A stretch of 64,000 bases of DNA from the NCBI GenBank assembly GCA_963663805.2, contig CAXXMR010000009.1:192001-256000 (forward strand), in the 5' to 3' direction. Position numbers and translations under genes: made by a program. Within the stretch, counting starts at the first letter, position 1. Each line of letters begins with the position of its first letter. A model generated the notes under the pieces. That model did not search any database. It saw only the letters and a list, made by a program, of their open reading frames with translations, and was not told where the DNA came from. This document shows, in pieces, positions 57,781-64,000 of this stretch. The DNA is from Sedimentisphaerales bacterium (lineage in GTDB: Bacteria; Planctomycetota; Phycisphaerae; Sedimentisphaerales; SM23-30).

Positions 57781-58836
57781 TTACCGTACAATATACAAAT
57801 CGAACCCGCTGGATTTATGATATTCGGGCTTATCAGCAGTGCCCCCAATCATAAACGCCTCCACGGAGTCCATGCTTTCGACCAGTTTGAGCCCATCCTC
57901 GGCTGTCATTACCGAAAGTGCCGTCGCTAGCGCATCGGCATCCTGTGTGTTCGTCGCTATTACCGTCACGCTTGGCATGGCGTCGGTAGGGCGGCCCGTT
58001 CGCGGGTCGATGATATGGCTGAAATGCCGCCCCGCGATTTCCACAAACTGCCGGTAATTCCCGCTGGTCGCTACCGAACCTTCGCTTATGGCCAGCTTCC
58101 ACGCTACCGAGGTATTAAGCTCCTCATCAGAAACCGCGAAGGGGTTCTGAATCCCCAGTTTCCAAATATCCCGTTTTTCCGGCTGACCAAACACCGCGAT
58201 TTCCCCGCCGATGTCCACCAGGCCGCCCGCGGCTCCGACCTGTCGCACTGCCGCCAATGCCTCATCAACCGCATAGCCCTTGGCGATAGCGTCAACCTTG
58301 ATTTCCATCCCCTCAACCGCGAACCGCACCTTAAAGCCGTTTTCGCTGTTCAGAATAAGCTTATCCGACCCTACCTTTATCAGTGTTTCCTTTACCTTTT
58401 TCTCGCTCGGTAATTCATTTTTCTGGCCCGTTTCCTTCCACAAATGCACCAGCGGCCCGACCGTTATATCGAACGCTCCTTCCGTCATTTCGTAAAATTC
58501 CACCGCTCGCTCCAGCAGCTTGTAGGTCTCCTCCGAAACCGCCACCTCCTCTACCGCCGCCTTGCGATTAACCGTCGCCAGCTCCGAATCCTCGATATAC
58601 GTACTAAGCCGCTGATTGACCTCATTCAGTGCCGAAAAGGCCGCCTCAACCGCTCGCTCAGCCGTCGCCTCGTCCGTCGCCACCGCCTTGACGCGGGCAT
58701 AAGTACCCATCATCAGGACCATGCCGCTGTCAACACTAACCAACCCTGTCTCCTCATTATTGCCGGAATGCCGCAGGTACCGCATGATTCCGAATGTCAC
58801 GCAAAAAATTATCATTACAGCTATAAGCTTCTTCAT
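57781..58836 (-). CDS. apbE: FAD:protein FMN transferase
   Basis: MMGT, GAFDITVGPL, DAIAKGYAVD, DIGGEI, VATSGNYR, SHIIDPRTG, ADALATA. Confidence 0.95.
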   Translation of the reverse strand: MKKLIAVMIIFCVTFGIMRYLRHSGNNEETGLVSVDSGMVLMMGTYARVKAVATDEATAERAVEAAFSALNEVNQRLSTYIEDSELATVNRKAAVEEVAVSEETYKLLERAVEFYEMTEGAFDITVGPLVHLWKETGQKNELPSEKKVKETLIKVGSDKLILNSENGFKVRFAVEGMEIKVDAIAKGYAVDEALAAVRQVGAAGGLVDIGGEIAVFGQPEKRDIWKLGIQNPFAVSDEELNTSVAWKLAISEGSVATSGNYRQFVEIAGRHFSHIIDPRTGRPTDAMPSVTVIATNTQDADALATALSVMTAEDGLKLVESMDSVEAFMIGGTADKPEYHKSSGFDLYIVR

Positions 58837-59112
58837 TATAAAGCCTTACATAATTATCTCTGTTTCGTTTCTTCGTCTGTTCTTATCACAAATAACCGGA
58901 AATTTTGCAGATTACAATCCAATTTGTATTTTGCAATTTCCGTTTTTTGCTCTGGATACGAACCCGAAACTCAAAAAAATCCCTTGCTAAGAACCCCAAT
59001 TCCGTTATATACTTAAAAGTCTTATAGTGACGTACGCTTAAGTCCTTTATTTGCAAAGGGTAACCGAGGTAAATCACAATCTGAGTCAAACGAGAAGTAT
59101 CTGGAGAATTAC

Positions 59113-61161
59113 ATGGCAAACTACAAAATTGAGGATATTCGCAACATCGTTCTGCTCGGCCACGCCGGTGCCGGCAAAACCACCCTCGCTGAGGCAATGC
59201 TGCACACCAGTGGTGCGACCAATCGCCTGGGAAGTGTAGATGATAAAAGTAGTATTTTTGATTCCGATGACGAGGAACACGAAAGAGGCCACAGCATTGA
59301 TTCCGGCGTAGGCCATGTCAAACATAAAGGTAAGATTATAAACGTTATCGACACGCCCGGTTACCCTGATTTCACCGGTGCCGCCCTGGCTGCCCTGATG
59401 GGTGCCGAAACCGCGGTTGTGGTCATCTCCGCCGCCGCTGGTATCCAGATGAACACGCGTAAGATGCTCCAGGTTACCCGCGACCGCGGCATGGCCCTGG
59501 CAATTGTCGTAAATAAAATTGACAGCAGCATGGACGAAGTGCCCGCCCTCATGGAAGCTATTCAGGAATCATTCGGTATGGAATGCCGCTGTGTCAATCT
59601 TGCTGGTGCTGACGGCAAGTCCGTTATCGACTGTCTCAATCAGGACAGCGGCGATGGTGCTTATACCGATGTCGCCGAAGCCCACACCAATCTGCTCGAA
59701 ACGGTTATCGAAGCTGACGAAGAACTTATGGAAGCCTATCTCGGTGGTGAAGAAGTGTCGCCTGAAAAAGTAGCTTCTACTTTCGGCAAAGCTCTCATTG
59801 CTCAAACCGTAATCCCTGTATTCTTCACCAGTGCCCGCAACGAGCTGGGGGTCAGGGAACTGCTCGACATAATCGCCGATACCTGCCCCAGCCCCGTTAC
59901 TGGTGTCAAAGCTATGCTTGTTAGCGGCGAAGGTGAAGAGCAGGCCGAAGAAGAAATTAAACCCGATGCCTCCGGTCCTGTTCTCGGTCTGGTAATTCGT
60001 GTTTCTGCCGACCCCAAGAGTCATATCAAATACAGTACTGTACGTCTTTTCAGCGGCACGATAAAGAGCGACACCACCGTCAACGTTGCCGATGCAAAAA
60101 AGGGCATGCGTTGCGGCCATGTCAACAAACTTCAGGGTGACCAGCTCGAACAGATTGACGATGGCGTAGCCGGCGATATCGTCACGCTCGCCAAGCTCGA
60201 CGACCTACGCATCCTCAACACCGTTTATGCCGGCAATGATCCCGGCAAGGTCAAGACCGTGCCGGTACCGGTGCCCATGTTCAGCCTCGCTGTCGAAGCC
60301 AAGAGCCGCGGCGACGAAACCAAAATTTCCGCGGCGCTCCACGAGTTCTGCGATTCCGACCCGACCTTCACGGTCGTTCAGGACCGCCAGACCCACGAAA
60401 TGGTGATGAGCGGTATCGGCGAACTGCACACCCGCGTTATTCTCGCTCGTATGCAGGGCCGACGTGGTATCGAAGTGACGACCAAGCCGCCCACAATTCC
60501 TTATCGCGAAACCATTATTGGTTCTGCCAAAATGGTTGAATATACGCACAAGAAACAGTCTGGCGGTGCAGGTCAGTTCGGTCGCGTATTTATCGACCTG
60601 GAGCCCAATGAATCTGGCGCCGGGTATGAATTTGTCGACAAAATTTTCGGCGGTTCGATCGACCAGCCCTTCCGGCCCAGTGTTGACAAAGGCTGCCAGG
60701 CCGCCATGCACGAAGGCGTATTGGCTGGCTTCCCCGTCGTGGACGTTAAGGTTTCACTGGTCGATGGCAAGACTCACCCGGTGGACAGTAAGGATATCGC
60801 CTTCCAAATCGCCGGACGTGAAGCTTTCCGCAAAGCGTTCATGCAGTGCAAACCCGTATTGCTCGAGCCCATCGTCAATCTCGAAGTCACCGTGCCTTCC
60901 GAGAATGTAGGTGATATTACCGGCGACCTGGCTGGTCGTCGCGGCCGAGTACAGGGCCAGGATGTTCTGCCCGGCGGCATGACCGTTATCAAGGCCCAGG
61001 TGCCGCTCAGTGAAATCCAGCAGTATAACTCCCAGCTCAAGAGCGTAACCGGTGGACAGGGCAGCTACTCTATGGAATACAGCCATTACGAACCAGCTCC
61101 CCCGAACGTTATCCAGGCCGTCGTCGCCAAGGTTAAGGCCGCCAAAGAGGAAGATAACTAA
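59113..61161 (+). CDS. fusA: Elongation factor G-like protein (EF-G2 paralogue)
   Basis: GHAGAGKTT, RGHSI, DTPG, NKID, GIGELH, HKKQSGGAGQFG, LLEPI; stands alone, outside a ribosomal operon. Confidence 0.9.
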   Translation: MANYKIEDIRNIVLLGHAGAGKTTLAEAMLHTSGATNRLGSVDDKSSIFDSDDEEHERGHSIDSGVGHVKHKGKIINVIDTPGYPDFTGAALAALMGAETAVVVISAAAGIQMNTRKMLQVTRDRGMALAIVVNKIDSSMDEVPALMEAIQESFGMECRCVNLAGADGKSVIDCLNQDSGDGAYTDVAEAHTNLLETVIEADEELMEAYLGGEEVSPEKVASTFGKALIAQTVIPVFFTSARNELGVRELLDIIADTCPSPVTGVKAMLVSGEGEEQAEEEIKPDASGPVLGLVIRVSADPKSHIKYSTVRLFSGTIKSDTTVNVADAKKGMRCGHVNKLQGDQLEQIDDGVAGDIVTLAKLDDLRILNTVYAGNDPGKVKTVPVPVPMFSLAVEAKSRGDETKISAALHEFCDSDPTFTVVQDRQTHEMVMSGIGELHTRVILARMQGRRGIEVTTKPPTIPYRETIIGSAKMVEYTHKKQSGGAGQFGRVFIDLEPNESGAGYEFVDKIFGGSIDQPFRPSVDKGCQAAMHEGVLAGFPVVDVKVSLVDGKTHPVDSKDIAFQIAGREAFRKAFMQCKPVLLEPIVNLEVTVPSENVGDITGDLAGRRGRVQGQDVLPGGMTVIKAQVPLSEIQQYNSQLKSVTGGQGSYSMEYSHYEPAPPNVIQAVVAKVKAAKEEDN

Positions 61162-61195
61162 CCTCTTTTGGCTTCAGAACTTTTGTATTATTAAT

Positions 61196-61234
61196 AAAAA
61201 AAACCGGCTGCTTTTCGGGGCAGTCGGTTTTTTT
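61196..61234 (+). terminator. Rho-independent terminator, probably bidirectional
   Basis: A8-CCGGCTGCTT-TTCG-GGGCAGTCGG-T7 between convergent genes. Confidence 0.88.
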
Positions 61235-61305
61235 GTTATCTCAATTCCAGAGTGGTTTTGCGTACTTGCCAAGACGAAGAAGGGGAACGGCAGGCAGAAG
61301 GCGGA

Positions 61306-61334
61306 AGTGAACGGCCCGGTGCTGCCTTTGGCAG
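61306..61334 (-). repeat. Repeat C relative
   Basis: Reverse complement CTGCCAAAGGCAGCACCGGGCCGTTCACT resembles 51262-51335. Confidence 0.5.
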
Positions 61335-61445
61335 ATTCATTTATGGACTGGCCTTGTTACCTCACGGTTTTGGTCACCCCAATAATCCGTTTAAACAATA
61401 AACAAAAGGTTCATTTCAACCCTGATGCTCCATTTTTTGTTAGTA

Positions 61446-63035
61446 TTATGACGATGATTTAGGTTTGTCTTTCAAGGTCCAGACCGTAAGACCTGCCAAG
61501 TTCTTTTTGTTTTTGGTGGGGAATAAAGAAGTCAGCGAGTAACCCAGGATGAACATAATTGAATCACCGAAAATAAGCGTATAATAAATATCGAAGGGCA
61601 GTACCAGAGAGGCGGGCAGGATTCCCTTGTCGCCAAGGACTACCCATAAGGTAAACAGGATGGTGCAAACGATACCCGCAATTACAGATTTGGCGTTGCC
61701 TTTGGTGGTGAAAAAACCGAGTACGTAAATGCCCAGCAGGCCGGCGCCGAAGACGGACATTATGATAACCATCATTTCCCGCACGGTTTTGGTAGTAGTA
61801 TAAATCAGGATAAGTGCTCCGATAATCATTACCACAGAGGCCAGAGTTGCCAACACCTGAGCGACTCTTAGATAATGTTTGTCGTCACGATTTTTGGAGA
61901 TGTGTCTGCGGTAGATGTCTACCACGCCGAGCGTACATATCGCGTTGATGGAGGAATCCAGCGAACTCATGGCTGCCGCTAAGGCTGAAGCTACCACCAG
62001 ACCGCGGAAGCCTATGGGCATATAATTGACAATAAAGAAGGGGAGAACCTGTTCGGCTTTTTTGGTTCCTTCGAGCATTTGGGTGGTGGCTTCGGTGGGG
62101 TTGGCTTTGAAGAAAACGTACAGGGCGGTGCCCAGAAACATGTAGAAAGCCCAAATTGGCAAACTGGACAGAACCGTTACGACAACGGCCCAGCGTGCGT
62201 CCTTGTCACTTTTGGCAGTACAGTAACGCTGGATGGTGCACTGGTCAGCGCTGAATCCTTTGAGCCAGCCGAGCAGGCCCACTATGAACAGCATAGTGAA
62301 AGTTTTTTCGGTGAGGCTGAAGCCCCAGGCGGTATCGACTAACTGGCCGCCTTGAAGATGTGCGAAACTTAGTTTGTTGTCGGCGGTGGCGACAGTGATG
62401 ATTTCGTTAAGTCCGCCGGGCAGTTTTGTTATTATGATTATAAGGCAAAATATGCCGCCCAAAAATAACAGAATAGTTTGGACAACATCGGTCCAGATTA
62501 CCGCGTCAATGCCGCCGAAGATGGTGTATGTTCCCACAAAAATTCCAGCGACGATTACGCACAGGTTCAGATTGAATCCGGTCAACTCATGTATTAGCAA
62601 AGCTACCAGATAGAGTACTATGCTGAGCCTCATTAGCTGAGTGATAATGTATACTATTGAGGCGTAGGTGCGAATGCCGCCGCCGAAACGGTGCTCCAGA
62701 TACTCGTAGGCGGAGGTGACTTTTGCTTTGCGGAAAAAAGGAATAAACAACACCAGGGCCGCGACCGCCGCTATGGGCAGCCCGAAATTAGGAATATATC
62801 TGAGCCAGGCGGTTTTGAAGGCGTCGCCGGGATAAGCTATGAATGTTACTGAACTTATGGAGGTCGCTACGAGTGACAGGCCAATGACCCAGCCGCTGAA
62901 TGACCTTCCGCCAAGGAAATATTCTTCCGTGGAAGTGTTTTTCTTGGCGAAATAAAAGCCCATCCAGATGACGCCTGCCAGATAAAGCAAAATAACCGTG
63001 GTATCGATCCAGTGCATGTTGAAAGTGGATGTCAT
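61446..63035 (-). CDS. Sodium:solute symporter (SSS family)
   Basis: EEYFLGGRS, SAYEYLEHRF, GGIDAVIWTDVVQ, DQCTIQRY, AAAMSSLDSSIN. Confidence 0.93.
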   Translation of the reverse strand: MTSTFNMHWIDTTVILLYLAGVIWMGFYFAKKNTSTEEYFLGGRSFSGWVIGLSLVATSISSVTFIAYPGDAFKTAWLRYIPNFGLPIAAVAALVLFIPFFRKAKVTSAYEYLEHRFGGGIRTYASIVYIITQLMRLSIVLYLVALLIHELTGFNLNLCVIVAGIFVGTYTIFGGIDAVIWTDVVQTILLFLGGIFCLIIIITKLPGGLNEIITVATADNKLSFAHLQGGQLVDTAWGFSLTEKTFTMLFIVGLLGWLKGFSADQCTIQRYCTAKSDKDARWAVVVTVLSSLPIWAFYMFLGTALYVFFKANPTEATTQMLEGTKKAEQVLPFFIVNYMPIGFRGLVVASALAAAMSSLDSSINAICTLGVVDIYRRHISKNRDDKHYLRVAQVLATLASVVMIIGALILIYTTTKTVREMMVIIMSVFGAGLLGIYVLGFFTTKGNAKSVIAGIVCTILFTLWVVLGDKGILPASLVLPFDIYYTLIFGDSIMFILGYSLTSLFPTKNKKNLAGLTVWTLKDKPKSSS

Positions 63036-63085
63036 TTGTCTTCCTTATGGGTAGGGGGCAGGTATTCTAAGAGCTGGGAAATTTT

Positions 63086-64000
63086 CTAACGTACGACGCG
63101 GCCCGAGGCGTTTCCGGACATTAGCCTGAGGACTTCCGAACGATTTGCGAAATTGAAGTCTCCCTCAAGGCTATGGGCCAGGCATGAGGCCGCAGCGGCA
63201 AAGCGAACAATCAGGTCGTTATCCTGATTTAATTCATTGTCCAGCATAGCGTAAATCAGACCCGCGGAAAAGGAGTCTCCACCGCCTACCCGGTCAACGA
63301 TATTTTTGATTTCATAGGGTGTATAATCACCTTGCGAATTGGCGGGGCCGAAACAGGCTTTTTTTGAGGTGGTATCATAAAGCATACCTCCCCAATTGTT
63401 GTGACTGGCGGAAATACTTTCCCGCAGAGTAAAGGCGATTTTGGAGATATTTGGGAAGCGCTGAGCAATCGCAGCCGCTGTCGCTATATATCCACTGATG
63501 TCGAGTTTGCCGGTATTGATTTGGCTATTACCTGCCTTTATGTCTAAAACATCATAAGCATCTTCTTCGTTGCCGATTACCACATCGGCAAAGGGCAGCA
63601 TCTGTTCGATGGATTTTTTTGCAAGTTGTCGTTCAGTAAGACTTTTGTCCCATTTCCAGAGTTTGCCGCGGAAATTTAAATCTATCGATACTTGAAGATG
63701 GTGTTTTTTGGCTTGCTTGACAGCTTCCAGTGACAGCAGGAACGCTTCTTGCGATAAGGCCGGAGTGACTCCGGTAATATGAAACCAGTCAGTGTTATTG
63801 AACATGTCGGGGAAATCAAACATAGAAATATCGGCCCGGCTGATACTGCTTCCCATACGGTCGTAAATTACATTACTGGGGCGTTGATTCGCTCCGGTTT
63901 CCAGATAGAAAGTGCCCAGTCTGCCTTCGTCGGACTTGACTGTATAGTCGGTCTTGACGCCGATTTGTCTCAAATTGTTCAGGCAGGCCTGGCTGATGTA
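63086..64000 (-). CDS. kdgK: PfkB-family sugar kinase (2-dehydro-3-deoxygluconokinase-like); 5' end outside the window
   Basis: VIYDR, WFHITGVTPALS, DLNFRGKLW, GNEED, IVDRVGGGDSFSAGLI; the frame is open to the window edge. Confidence 0.85.
   Translation of the reverse strand, partial: YISQACLNNLRQIGVKTDYTVKSDEGRLGTFYLETGANQRPSNVIYDRMGSSISRADISMFDFPDMFNNTDWFHITGVTPALSQEAFLLSLEAVKQAKKHHLQVSIDLNFRGKLWKWDKSLTERQLAKKSIEQMLPFADVVIGNEEDAYDVLDIKAGNSQINTGKLDISGYIATAAAIAQRFPNISKIAFTLRESISASHNNWGGMLYDTTSKKACFGPANSQGDYTPYEIKNIVDRVGGGDSFSAGLIYAMLDNELNQDNDLIVRFAAAASCLAHSLEGDFNFANRSEVLRLMSGNASGRVVR

Noticed and set aside
59113..61161. TetM/TetO ribosomal protection protein
   Set aside because: It retains EF-G domain IV motifs (HKKQSGGAGQFG, HPVDS) and full EF-G length.

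Overview
Bacterial chromosomal window, most likely a planctomycete of the Phycisphaerae/Sedimentisphaerales type. This is inferred from prepilin H-X9-DG-type proteins, PEP-CTERM proteins, Cys-containing dockerin-like tails and a PilB-PilT-PilB-PilC operon. From left to right: (1) 1-7.6 kb, a minus-strand catabolic cluster with LacI and XylR-type regulators, a GRP/DMT transporter, an unusual BASS-transporter/APH-like-kinase fusion, an HpcH aldolase, a prepilin-like protein and a secreted protein; (2) an IS4-family and an IS1634-family element 55 bp apart; (3) 11.2-35.1 kb, a LacI-controlled beta-1,2-glucan utilisation locus with three GH144-like proteins, a GH94 1,2-beta-oligoglucan phosphorylase, a GPH transporter, two uncharacterised (alpha/alpha)6 glycosidase-like proteins, a GH5-like enzyme and a mutarotase. 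It has no SusC/D or ABC system. Its secreted-enzyme operon is instead headed by a prepilin-like gene, a PEP-CTERM protein and dockerin-tailed proteins; (4) a GAF-PP2C phosphatase and a T2SS/type IV pilus operon with PilT and six pseudopilins; (5) a second IS4 copy, a PEP-CTERM gene, glycosylation/methylation genes, apbE, an EF-G paralogue, an SSS transporter and a partial kdgK-like kinase. Three genes carry single-base insertions in short G/C runs, which may be sequencing errors. No rRNA, tRNA or CRISPR array was seen. All family assignments come from motif recognition by eye; no database search was run.
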